DNA of 64,000 nt from Thermoanaerobaculia bacterium (GTDB lineage Bacteria > Acidobacteriota > Thermoanaerobaculia > Multivoradales > Multivoraceae), in contig OY762911.1 in assembly GCA_963666565.1 (NCBI GenBank), positions 640,001 to 704,000 of the forward strand, written 5' to 3'. Shown in pieces: positions 32,677 to 42,141 of the stretch. The notes under the pieces are model-generated. The model was not told where the DNA came from. It ran no database searches and saw only the letters and a list, made by a program, of their open reading frames with translations. The translations under genes were made by a program, and so were the position numbers. Within the stretch, counting starts at the first letter, position 1; each line of letters opens with the position of its first letter.

Positions 32677-33344
32677 GCGCCCGCCAGACGGACTCGCAAC
32701 GGCACCAGCAGGTCGACCAAGGCAGCTTCGACCTCCCGCGCAACGACCTCTACCGAAGCAGCCGCGTCGATGACGCGGAAACGGTCCGGGTCGGCAGCAA
32801 CCCGGTCCTTGTAGGCGGCATCCACGCGATCGTAGAACTCCAGACTCTCTCGATCGATGCGGTTTCTCTGCCTGATACCGGGCAGCAGCAACTGAGAGCC
32901 TTCGCCGCGACGCCGTTGCGCCACTACCGCCGGCAGGTCAAAGAAGAGCGTGCGGTCGGGTGTCCGGCTGCCGGTAACCAGCAGGTCCATATCGGAGATG
33001 AGATCCAGAGGCACGCCCCGACCGCCGCCTTGGTAGGCATAGGTGGAATCGGTGAAGCGGTCGCACAAGACCACTTCTCCAGCGGCGATGGCTGGCTCGA
33101 TCACCTCCGCCAAGTGCTGGTGTCGACTCGCGAACATCAGAAGCAACTCGACCACGCCATCGGCCAACGCTGCGTCCGTTGCCAGGACCACGCGACGCAG
33201 CTGCTCAGCGAACGGCGTGCCGCCCGGCTCGCGGGTGACGACGTGGTCGATGCCCCGGCGATCGAGGTTCGCCGCCACGCGTTCGAGCTGAGTCGACTTG
33301 CCGCTGCCGTCGAGGCCCTCGAAGGTGATGAACAGGCCACTCAT
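32673..33344 (-). CDS. tmk: Thymidylate kinase
   Basis: FITFEGLDGSGKST, TREPGG, CDRFTDSTYAYQG. Confidence 0.96.
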   Translation of the reverse strand: MSGLFITFEGLDGSGKSTQLERVAANLDRRGIDHVVTREPGGTPFAEQLRRVVLATDAALADGVVELLLMFASRHQHLAEVIEPAIAAGEVVLCDRFTDSTYAYQGGGRGVPLDLISDMDLLVTGSRTPDRTLFFDLPAVVAQRRRGEGSQLLLPGIRQRNRIDRESLEFYDRVDAAYKDRVAADPDRFRVIDAAASVEVVAREVEAALVDLLVPLRVRLAGA

Positions 33345-33405
33345 TCGGGGTCATGGTAGCCGCGCCCGGAAGCGGCTACCGAAGCGATCGGAACCTCGAC
33401 GAAAG

Positions 33406-33651
33406 TCAGACGCCCGTGAAGCGCAGTGCCGCGAACAGGAGGCCAGCCGTAGCCGCTGCGACTCCGATCGCCCACCGTACGAGACGGAGTTCCAAGTCCT
33501 TCAGTTCCGCCTGCAGGTCGGGCCTGGTGACGAGACCTTCGGCAACCGCGGCACGGATGGTGTTGGTAACCGCCTCGGCCTGGGCCGAGTCCATCCCCGC
33601 GGCCTCCAGTTCACGGGCTGCGGCGAGGGTGTCGAACGTGGTCGTGTTCAT
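33406..33651 (-). CDS. DUF1640/CCDC90-like small coiled-coil membrane protein
   Basis: FDTLAAARELEAAGM..AQAEAV; C-terminal TM helix. Confidence 0.75.
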   Translation of the reverse strand: MNTTTFDTLAAARELEAAGMDSAQAEAVTNTIRAAVAEGLVTRPDLQAELKDLELRLVRWAIGVAAATAGLLFAALRFTGV

Positions 33652-33713
33652 GATCGGGCCTCGAAGAAGCTCCTGACGGCGCCCGGGGCGCAGACCCGCC
33701 AAGACGCCTCATC

Positions 33714-35399
33714 CTATGGCATCCGATCGGGACTCCGCAGCCGTGGCCACCTGCGCCGCAACTCCGCCGCGTCGAGCCCGAGGCGCGCGGCGATCCGGAC
33801 CGACCGCCGTTCCATGTCTTCCAGGTCGACCGGGTAGGCGTTGCGGCGACGCGGGTCCAGGAGGCCGATCAGGTTCCAGCGCTCGATCACGCCGCCGACC
33901 CACTCCGCCGGCGACCCGCTCCCACCGCCGGATGCCGACCGCTCGTCCAGCGCCTCGAACAGACGGCGACGACGGTCGTCGGCGCCGAGAAAGCCCCGCC
34001 AGCACCAGCCCTCGGGCGGAGCGTCGAGCAGACGCTGCCGCAGCTCGTCGAAGGAGGCGGCCGCGAAGTAGACCATTGCCGCGGGCGTGAACCGGTCCAT
34101 CGCCGGCATCAGCCGGTAGGCGGCGGCGAGCAGCCGGTCGATGTGGTTCGCCTCGGCGGCGACGAGCCGCCCGTAGCGCTCCAGGTCGCCGGCCGCCGGC
34201 AGGCCGTTCCGGCAGAGATCGGCCACCCGCTCCACCGCCAGCAGGCTCCAGGCGATGCCGGTCGAGAACATCGGGTCCGCGAAGGCGTAGCTGTGCGGCA
34301 GGAGCAGCCAGCCGCGGCCCGCGGCGAGATCGCGGCGCCAGGCGACGTTCGACCGCGCCGCCACCGGGCGCAACGGCGCGCTGTCCGCGAACTGGACAGC
34401 CAGCGACGGGTAGCGGTCGAGCAGCCCGGCGAAGACGGCCTCGGGCGCGCCGGGGAGATCCTCGGTCAGCAGGAAACCCGCGCTCACCGTCCCGTCGTCG
34501 AACCGGAGCTGGTACATCCAGCCCTCCTCCAGCAGGTGGTGCGAGGCGCTCCAGCGCTCGGGGAACGGCGAGGCCGGCCAGCCGGCGACGCGCTCGAACG
34601 GCGCCGGCCGGTTCTCGCGGGCCTCGCGCCGACCCGGGCCGGCCTTCGGCCGCTCGCCGCCGCCGCCGAACGGCGCCACGCCGGAGAAGTGCGAGTAGAC
34701 GAGGCTCGTCTGAAGCCGCGGCGCCACCGCCCGCGCGCCCAGACCGGCGGCCAGCGGCGAGCCGCCGGTCGCATCGACCAGGAGTCCCGCCTCGACGATC
34801 CGGCCGCCGGCCCGAATGCGGACCGCACCGTCCCGCGCGCCGCGGGTACCCGGGTGGCCAACGAGACCTTGCCGTGCGTCGGGGCCGGCCGGGAGGCGGA
34901 CCGCACCCTCCCGCGCGCCGCCCCCGTCCGCGACGATCTCGACCGGCGTCTCTTCCCGGCAATCCACGCCCTCGGCCCGGGCCCGCTCGAACAGGAAGCG
35001 GTCGACGTCGGCGCGCAGCCACTGGTTGTCCGCCGCGTCGTCGTCGGGCGAAGCCGCCACGACCAGCCGCCGGTCGCTCGACGGCCCCGGCGAGAAGACC
35101 TCGCCCGGTTCGTGGGAGTAGAAGCAGAAGCCCCGCTTGAGCCCGCGACCGACCGCGGGCAACCGGCGGCGCCAGCGGCCGTGGGCGGCGAGGTCCCAGA
35201 GGTCCTCGAAGCCGTAGCGCACCGCCAGGCGCTCGAGCGCCAGGTTGGCGAGCGGCGTCGACGACTCGCCGAGCGCGAACCGCGGATGGCGGCCCCGCTC
35301 CAGCAGGAGCACGTCCCGGCCTTCGGCATGGAGCGCCCGCGCCAGGATCGAGCCAGCGAAGCCGCCCCCCGCGATGACGACCTCGCGGCGCTCAGCCAT
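33714..35399 (-). CDS. FAD-dependent halogenase-like oxidoreductase
   Basis: AGGGFAG Rossmann motif, HPRFALGESS, GLKRGF Lys, FADPMFSTG; WxWxI site reads GWMYQL; 8-nt overlap with the radical SAM gene. Confidence 0.8.
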   Translation of the reverse strand: MAERREVVIAGGGFAGSILARALHAEGRDVLLLERGRHPRFALGESSTPLANLALERLAVRYGFEDLWDLAAHGRWRRRLPAVGRGLKRGFCFYSHEPGEVFSPGPSSDRRLVVAASPDDDAADNQWLRADVDRFLFERARAEGVDCREETPVEIVADGGGAREGAVRLPAGPDARQGLVGHPGTRGARDGAVRIRAGGRIVEAGLLVDATGGSPLAAGLGARAVAPRLQTSLVYSHFSGVAPFGGGGERPKAGPGRREARENRPAPFERVAGWPASPFPERWSASHHLLEEGWMYQLRFDDGTVSAGFLLTEDLPGAPEAVFAGLLDRYPSLAVQFADSAPLRPVAARSNVAWRRDLAAGRGWLLLPHSYAFADPMFSTGIAWSLLAVERVADLCRNGLPAAGDLERYGRLVAAEANHIDRLLAAAYRLMPAMDRFTPAAMVYFAAASFDELRQRLLDAPPEGWCWRGFLGADDRRRRLFEALDERSASGGGSGSPAEWVGGVIERWNLIGLLDPRRRNAYPVDLEDMERRSVRIAARLGLDAAELRRRWPRLRSPDRMP

Positions 35400-36423
35400 C
35401 GCAGTCGTCACACACCGTCCGCCGGGGCGCACTCGTGCGGTTCATCTCCCGGATCGCCGCGACCCGCTCCTCCCGGCATGCCTCGCAAGCCGAGGGGACC
35501 TGGTCGAGGTCCCACGGGTCGACCTGCACCGCCACGCCCGCACCGGCGACCTCCGCCGCGCCCGCCAGACACTCCTCCAGCAGCGCCAGATCGGGCGGCT
35601 CGAACCGCCCCAGCCGCTGCAGCCGCTCCAGTTCCCCGTTGCCGCCCCGCACCGGGATCAGCGCCACCGACCGCGCGCCCGCGCGCGCTGCATGCCGCAC
35701 GCTCGCGACCGTCCACTCCGCCTGCTCCTCCGCGCGCACGAAGGGCACGCCGACGAGGACGAACACGCGAAGATCCACGCCGTCCGCACGCAGGCGCCCG
35801 GCGGCCCGGTCGAACTGCTCCAGGGTCAACTGCTTGCCCAGCCGGGCAAGCGCCTCCGGATGCGCCGTCTCCAGGCCCATCGCCACCTCAAGCTGGCCCG
35901 GCAGCAAGTCGGCGAAGCGCCGCACGCGCTCGTCCACGAGCCGCGGGTGGCACTCGACCACGACCCGCCGGAACGGCGCCGCCAGCCGGGCGATCGGTTC
36001 CAGGTCCGTCTCGGGCACCGCCCGCGGGTCGAAGAAGTTGCTCGCGTTGTAGAGCTTGAGCTGGTCGCAGCCGTCGAGCCCCGCATCCCGGAGCAGGGCG
36101 GGAAGCCGCTCCAGCGCCGCTCGCAACTGCGCCGGCAGCGCCCCGGCCGGCGTCGCTCCGTCGATCGTGTAGCGCCACAGGTCGCAGAACACGCAGGTGA
36201 AGGGGCACTCCGCGCCGGTCAGGAAGACGGTCGCCGACGGGACGGACTCGCCGTCCGGGCCGCGCTCCGCCTCGACCGTCACGCCCTGGGGCCGCCAGGG
36301 GTCGTGAATCGGCTTCGGCGGGCGGAGCGCCCGGACCTCCGCCGCGCTCAGCGCAGACGCAGCATCAACGCCCACATGAACCGGACACGACTTCTCGCCA
36401 GCCTTGACTCGGGCCACGGACAC
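35392..36423 (-). CDS. Radical SAM protein, RaSEA/TIGR01210-like
   Basis: CPFTCVFC; LKLYNASNFFD; VVVECHP; LEVAMGLET. Confidence 0.85.
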   Translation of the reverse strand: MSVARVKAGEKSCPVHVGVDAASALSAAEVRALRPPKPIHDPWRPQGVTVEAERGPDGESVPSATVFLTGAECPFTCVFCDLWRYTIDGATPAGALPAQLRAALERLPALLRDAGLDGCDQLKLYNASNFFDPRAVPETDLEPIARLAAPFRRVVVECHPRLVDERVRRFADLLPGQLEVAMGLETAHPEALARLGKQLTLEQFDRAAGRLRADGVDLRVFVLVGVPFVRAEEQAEWTVASVRHAARAGARSVALIPVRGGNGELERLQRLGRFEPPDLALLEECLAGAAEVAGAGVAVQVDPWDLDQVPSACEACREERVAAIREMNRTSAPRRTVCDDCDG

Positions 36424-37236
36424 TCATCGTCCAATCGACAGATCTTCGGGTAACAATTCTGCTACAGTCGAAGCGTTCAAGCACACTCTACTGTGGTTGA
36501 CGTCGGAAGACCGCCGAACGGTGGACCGCACCACTTGACGGATTTGGGGGTGCCCAGCTTTGAGATCGCCCTTGACTCACTGTTTCCTGCTCGCGTTTCT
36601 TGCTGGCGGGCTCAACGCCCAAGCCCCCGACCCGGACGACCCGTCCGTTCGCAGCGACTACCCGTCCTCGGATCCGCCAGTTCTGACGTGGCAGATGATC
36701 GATCCCAACCTCGACCCGGATCAACCTCTGCCGAAACTCGAGTACGCGCCACCCAGCGAAGAAGAGGCGCGCGAGCACTTAGCCCGACTGCCGGCTTTCG
36801 AGCCGGTGGACGAGCACCGCCATGCTTGGGTACGGCTGCCGCTCATCTGGGATCAGTTGACCGATCGCGAAACCAGGTACGTCTATCTCCTCATGTCGAG
36901 AATGGAGGGGGTCGGCTTCGACATCCTGCTGGGGGACGTTCAGGAAATGCGGCGGCTCGCCGCATCCGCATCACGAAGTCTCGCCTACGAAGATGCCTGG
37001 TTCGTCTACGACTCTGCAAGATCCATGCGGGAGAAAGAACGCGCTTTCTGGAGCGCACACCTCCCAAAAGTGCCCAGTCCGGTCCGGATCAATGAGGCGT
37101 CCGGGGCAACACCAACCTTCGGCGGCGGTGGCCCCGGAGAAGGAGGCAAGAGCGGTCCGATCAAGTGGATTGAAATCGGCAATCTGTCTTTCGGCGAGTT
37201 TCGAGACATCTGCGACCGAGAGCCCCTTACAGGCTG

Positions 37237-38538
37237 GGCTCTTCAGGGTTGATGGTGGAAATCGCGTAGTGTGGCGCGATGCGCGACACAGACTTGTACG
37301 GTCGGATTCTCGGCATCGAGAGTCCCTGGAAGGTGACGGACGTCGAGCTGCGGCTTGACGCCGGCGAGGTGGAGGTGTTGGTGGCTCGCAGGCAGGGCGA
37401 GTCGTTCCGTTGTCCGAAGTGCGGCGGCGCTGCGAGTCGGCACGACTCGCGTCGTCGGCGCTGGCGGCATCTGCCGACGTGCCAGTACCGGACGATCCTG
37501 ACCGCGGACGTGCCTCGGGTGCGGTGCGCGGAGCACGGGGTGCTGACGATCGGCGTGCCCTGGTCGGACCCGGGGTCGCGGTTCACGGCGTTGTTCGAGG
37601 CGCTGGTGATCGACTGGCTGGGTGCGGCGAGCGTCTCGGCGGTGGCTCGGCTTCTGGACCTGAGTTGGGACCAGGTATCCGGCGTGATGGAGCGTGCGGT
37701 GAAGCGCGGGCTCGAGCGGCGCGGGCCGGCGTCGGCGTCGAGGGTTCTGGGCGTGGACGAGACGTCGTTTCAGAAGCGCCACGAGTACGTGACGGTGGTG
37801 GCTGACATCGAGGGCGAGCCGCGGGTGCACCACGTGGCGGACGGTCGGGGCAAGGACGCTCTGTCCTCGTACTTCGAGTCGCTGTCGGAGGCGGAGCGCT
37901 CGCGGATCGAGACGGTGGCGATGGACATGTGGCCGGCGTACATCTCGGCGACGGTGTCCTGCCTGCCGGACGGCGGCGCCAAGCTCGCGTACGACAAGTT
38001 CCACGTCGCGGCCCATCTGAGCGACGCCGTGAACCGGGTGCGGGTAGCGGAGCACCGAGAGCTGCAGAACCGGGGGGACGACCGGCTGGCCGGTACCCGG
38101 TACATGTGGCTGTACCACCCCGACCGGTTGCCGGAGAGGCATGCGGCCTCCTTCAAGACCTTGGTGAACGCGACCTTGAAGACGGCGCGTTGCTGGCACC
38201 TGAAGGAGGTGGCGATGATGATGTGGGAGACGCGGGACCGCGTCGAGGCGCGAGAGATCTTCGACGGCTGGTACTCGTGGGCGATCCGCAGTCGTCTCGA
38301 GCCCATGAAGGAAGTCGCCCGCATGATCAAGGCTCATCTCGACGGCGTGCTGAACGCGATCGAGCGGGGCGTCACCAACGCCCGCCTCGAAGGCATCAAC
38401 TCGGTCATCCAGTCGCTCAAGAAGTCCGCCCGCGGCTACCGGAATCGGGACCGGTTCCGCGACGCCATCTACTTCCATCTCGGCAGCCTGAACCTCTACC
38501 CCGATTCGCTCACGTTCCACACGAAACCCTGAAGAGCC
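37237..38538 (+). mobile_element. ISL3-family insertion sequence, 1302 bp
   Basis: Terminal IR GGCTCTTCAGGGTT; 8-bp duplication ACAGGCTG at 37229-37236 and 38539-38546. Confidence 0.95.
37279..38532 (+). CDS. ISL3 transposase
   Basis: CPKC, RRWRHL, LGVDETSF, AMDMWPAY, YDKFHV, TNARLEGINS. Confidence 0.97.
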   Translation: MRDTDLYGRILGIESPWKVTDVELRLDAGEVEVLVARRQGESFRCPKCGGAASRHDSRRRRWRHLPTCQYRTILTADVPRVRCAEHGVLTIGVPWSDPGSRFTALFEALVIDWLGAASVSAVARLLDLSWDQVSGVMERAVKRGLERRGPASASRVLGVDETSFQKRHEYVTVVADIEGEPRVHHVADGRGKDALSSYFESLSEAERSRIETVAMDMWPAYISATVSCLPDGGAKLAYDKFHVAAHLSDAVNRVRVAEHRELQNRGDDRLAGTRYMWLYHPDRLPERHAASFKTLVNATLKTARCWHLKEVAMMMWETRDRVEAREIFDGWYSWAIRSRLEPMKEVARMIKAHLDGVLNAIERGVTNARLEGINSVIQSLKKSARGYRNRDRFRDAIYFHLGSLNLYPDSLTFHTKP

Positions 38539-38858
38539 ACAGGCTGGAAGGGCGCTCACGGTTGGACCAGGGGAGCGTGGATGGGAGACCACACAAACCA
38601 CCTCAATGCCCTGGTCTACGACCCGACCTTTCAGCGGCTACCGGAGTCGTGGAAGAGCCGTCTGCAAACGTGCCAAGCCGAAATGCACTTCGCCGGCGCA
38701 ATGATACAGCGTCGTTGGGAGGTCTGCATGGCCACCGGCGGGCTGTCCCCGAACCGGCGGAGCAGAGAATGCAACGACGCCGGGGCAAAAGCGATAGCGG
38801 CCAGCAACAGACTGCATCGGTGTCTCGATCCCAAGGACGGCAGAAACTAACTGGCTAG

Positions 38859-40637
38859 CTCGTGCCCGCCAGAGAACCCGGGAGTCGTTGATTCTACGGG
38901 GTTTTGCGAGGGATTCGGTCGGTTGAAGATGTCGCCGATGCCGTAGGATCCAGTCCTGAATCGGACGTTTTGGGCGGATTCTGGAGGATCTTCGGAGGTC
39001 GAGGCGATGCGGGAGGTTCAAAGTCGGCAGTTCAGGCTGGGCGAGGCGCCGATCGGCGAGATCTGGATCGACCCGAAGTCTCGCGACGACACGCCGGCGC
39101 TGTTTCGCGGTCTTCAGCACATCTACTGCGACGAGACGTTTCGGCCCCGGCTGTTCGAGTTGCTGGACGAGCACATGCTGCCGGGTACGGATCGGACGGT
39201 CGGTCGTCCGGGCATGGAGTTGTGGCGGATTCTGGTGTTGGGGGTGGTGAAACAGGGTCTCGGCTGCGACTTCGACCGGCTTCACGATCTGGCCAACCAT
39301 CACGGGACGCTGCGTGCGTTTCTGGGGCACGGCGAGTTCGGGGAGGAGAGCTACTACGAGTACCAGACGGTGGTCGACAACGTGAGCCTGTTGACGCCGG
39401 AGTTGTTGTCGGCGGTGGGCAGATTGGTGGTGGAAAGCGGCCATGCGGTCGCGCGAAAAAAGCCTGGCGGGCCGTTGCGCGGTCGGTGTGATTCGTTCGT
39501 GGTCGAGACCGACGTGCATTACCCGACGGACGTGAATCTGCTGTGGGACGCGATGCGCTGCATGCTGCGGGAGAGCGGTCGGGCGGCGCGTCGGCACGGC
39601 ATCTCTGGCTGGCGCCAGTGGCGTTATCAGCTTCGGTTGGTGCGCCGGCTGTTCCACAAGGTGCGCGGGACTCGGCGGGCGAAGCGGTCTCCGGCCCGGG
39701 TGAAGGCGTACCTCGATCGGTGCCGGCCGCTCGTGGCGCGCGCGGCGGACACGGTGGAGGCGCTTCGTGCCGCGGGGGACGGCATGGCCGCGGAGACGAT
39801 CGAGGGCTTGATCGTTCACGCGCGGCGCCAGATGGACCAGGTCGAGCGTCGTCTGCTCCTGGGCGAGACGATTCCTCACGCGGAGAAGGTGTTTTCGATC
39901 TTCGAGCCGCACACGCGCTGGGTCTCGAAAGGCAAGGCGGGCACGCCGGTGGAGCTTGGCGTTCCGGTGGCGTTGATCGAGGATCAGCACGGTTTCGTTC
40001 TTCACCACGAGGTCCTGTGGACAGGCGGCGACGCCGATGCGGTCGTGCCCCTGGTCGCGGCGGCGCAGAAGCGGTTCCCCGAGCTTCGGACGTGCAGTTT
40101 CGACCGCAACTTCCACAGTCCGGAGAACCGCGTCCGGCTCGATGAGCTTCTCGATCTCAACGCGCTGCCGAAGAAGGGGTATCTGTCGAAAGCCGACCGG
40201 GAGCGGGAAACCGACGAAGCCTTCCTCTCCGCCCGCCGTGCCCATCCCGCGGTCGAGTCCGCCATCAACGCCCTGGAGCATCGCGGCCTGGACCGCGTCC
40301 GAAGCCGCGGCGCCGAAGGCTTCGAGCGCACCGTCGCCCTCTCGGTGCTCGCGGGCAACCTGCACCGTCTCGGTCGCCTCCTGCACGCGCTCGAGCGAAA
40401 ACCCAAGCGAAGACGGGTCGCCTGAGGGCGCTCGAACCTCCATCGCCGACCCTGCCTTCCGAGATGGGGGCGCCGCCGTGGGACGAACGGTCGCCGCTCT
40501 CCGGAAACTGCCGTCGAGAACCCCAAGAAGCTCCCGCGCCGCCGATCAAGAGCCGCTGCGCCCGGCTCCTGGGCCTGCCAGCAGCGTCAAAGACGCTCCA
40601 GAATCTCCGATGAACGGGGTTCTCTGGCAGGCACTAG
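38859..40637 (+). mobile_element. IS5/ISNCY-like insertion sequence, 1779 bp
   Basis: Imperfect IR CT(C/A)GTGCC(C/T)GCCAGAGAACCC; CTAG duplicated at 38855-38858 and 40638-40641. Confidence 0.88.
39007..40425 (+). CDS. DDE transposase (IS5/ISNCY-like)
   Basis: RCDSFVVETDVHYPTD, KGKAGTPVELG, SFDRNF, HPAVESAINALE. Confidence 0.92.
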   Translation: MREVQSRQFRLGEAPIGEIWIDPKSRDDTPALFRGLQHIYCDETFRPRLFELLDEHMLPGTDRTVGRPGMELWRILVLGVVKQGLGCDFDRLHDLANHHGTLRAFLGHGEFGEESYYEYQTVVDNVSLLTPELLSAVGRLVVESGHAVARKKPGGPLRGRCDSFVVETDVHYPTDVNLLWDAMRCMLRESGRAARRHGISGWRQWRYQLRLVRRLFHKVRGTRRAKRSPARVKAYLDRCRPLVARAADTVEALRAAGDGMAAETIEGLIVHARRQMDQVERRLLLGETIPHAEKVFSIFEPHTRWVSKGKAGTPVELGVPVALIEDQHGFVLHHEVLWTGGDADAVVPLVAAAQKRFPELRTCSFDRNFHSPENRVRLDELLDLNALPKKGYLSKADRERETDEAFLSARRAHPAVESAINALEHRGLDRVRSRGAEGFERTVALSVLAGNLHRLGRLLHALERKPKRRRVA

Positions 40638-40708
40638 CTAGCTAAACCAGCACAGTCTACTGCTTGCCGGCCAGCCAGCGAAAACTGAGTCGGGACAACG
40701 GCATCGCA

Positions 40709-40726
40709 TCCCGCCACTTGGCGGGA
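40709..40726. terminator. Hairpin just past the asnB-like stop codon
   Basis: TCCCGCCA-CT-TGGCGGGA; no clear U-tract. Confidence 0.35.
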
Positions 40727-40728
40727 GG

Positions 40729-42057
40729 CTAGAGGTAGAGCGACTGGAAGTGCCGGCGGTACTGTTCGGGCGGCCGCTCGAAGGCGGCGGCGAACACGTC
40801 TTCCGAGGCCGCACCTTCCTGGAAGCGGCGCTTCGGAAAGACGGGGAAGTCGACGCCGAGGACCCGCTTCATCCCGCGACGCACCACCTCGCCCTTGAGG
40901 TCGTAGAGCGCCTCGTGCGAGCCGCCGACCAGGTCGGCGAACGGGATCGCCTCGGCCACCGCGATGACGGCCGGCCGGGTGAACGGGCTGAAACCCTCGA
41001 AGCCGAGCAGGCGCGCCGGCGCGTGGGTGCGCACCGCGGCCCGGCCGAGGCCGCCCGAGTAGGTCTGGGAGTGCTTGATCGCGTCGACGCCCCAGCCCTC
41101 CTGGTAGAGCATCGAGTTGTTGACGACGCTCACGATCGTGAGCTCATGGTTCTCCTCCAGCGGGTAGTCCTTCAGGTTCTCGTCGCCGCCGTCGCCGTCC
41201 ACCAGCAGCCGCCATTCGGGGTAACGCGCCCGGATCCCCCGCAACAGGGCCAAGCCGACCGCGGCGCACTCGACGTCGAGCGGCTTGTAGTCCTCGATGA
41301 CCTCGACGGCCGCCAGCGGATCGACCGCCGCGGCGCCGGCCTCGATCTCCTCGCCCAGCATCTCGAGGTCGACGCGGCGCAGGAACTCCCGCGCCTGGGC
41401 GGCGTCGCCGGCGCCGGCGCCGACCCGCAGGGTGAACGCCTTGAGCCGCGCCGCGCTCTGGCCGGCTTCCAGCAGCGCGCGGTGGAGCGCGACCAGCACC
41501 GCGCCGCTGTCGATGCCGCCGGAGAAGCACACGCCGACCGGCTCGCGCGCGCGCTCCGCCGGCAGCGCCGCGAGCCAGCCGCGGAGCTCGAACATCAACG
41601 CCTCGACGTAGCGCTCGCCGATCAGGTCGAGATCGGCCGGCAGCGTGCCCCGGGGCGGGTCGAAGAAGCGCTCGTGGGTCGGGTTCGGGTCCGGGCAGCC
41701 CACGAGCCGCAGCGTCGTCGCGTGGTGCGCGGGGACCATCCGGGTGTAGGTCGGGTGGAACTGGTCCAGGTAGCCCTCGGCCGCGAGGCAGTCCCGGATC
41801 TCGTCGATCCGCTGGGCGATCACGAGCATCGGCCCGGACGACTCCTTGGCCAGGAAGTAGCGCATCGGCCGGTCCAGGCTGCGGGCCATCACGACGTCGA
41901 CGCCCAGGCGGGCGGCCAGTGCGAACGAACCGTCGATGCCGAGCACCGCCTCGGGCCCTTCCAGCAGGCGCCGCCGCGCTTCCTCCGGCGTCAGCGTCCA
42001 GAGGCGCTGTTCGCGGTCGTCGATGAGGTTCAGAACGCGGGCGATCGGCTGGTCCAT
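40729..42057 (-). CDS. Asparagine-synthetase-like ATP-dependent amide ligase lacking Cys1
   Basis: PP-loop FSGGIDS, DGDGGDE, SPF, PKRRFQ; N-terminus MDQPIARV has no catalytic Cys. Confidence 0.85.
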   Translation of the reverse strand: MDQPIARVLNLIDDREQRLWTLTPEEARRRLLEGPEAVLGIDGSFALAARLGVDVVMARSLDRPMRYFLAKESSGPMLVIAQRIDEIRDCLAAEGYLDQFHPTYTRMVPAHHATTLRLVGCPDPNPTHERFFDPPRGTLPADLDLIGERYVEALMFELRGWLAALPAERAREPVGVCFSGGIDSGAVLVALHRALLEAGQSAARLKAFTLRVGAGAGDAAQAREFLRRVDLEMLGEEIEAGAAAVDPLAAVEVIEDYKPLDVECAAVGLALLRGIRARYPEWRLLVDGDGGDENLKDYPLEENHELTIVSVVNNSMLYQEGWGVDAIKHSQTYSGGLGRAAVRTHAPARLLGFEGFSPFTRPAVIAVAEAIPFADLVGGSHEALYDLKGEVVRRGMKRVLGVDFPVFPKRRFQEGAASEDVFAAAFERPPEQYRRHFQSLYL

Positions 42058-42141
42058 CGTGCTTCTCCCTGTCCGTTGCGCGGCCCGAACGGACGCGGTG
42101 CGGCCCCGTCCGGCGGCAACCTGCATGGTACTGTCCCAACC

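Larger units (their letters stand above)
36560..38850 (+). pseudogene. Secreted hypothetical protein split by ISL3 (36560-37236 joined to 38547-38850)
   Basis: Removing the IS and one target-duplication copy restores one 326-aa frame (...EPLTGWKGAHGWTRGAWMGDH...). Confidence 0.85.

Noticed and set aside
39451-39465. A-run (CGAAAAAAGCC) in the transposase as a programmed frameshift
   Set aside because: The 472-aa ORF is already continuous through this site
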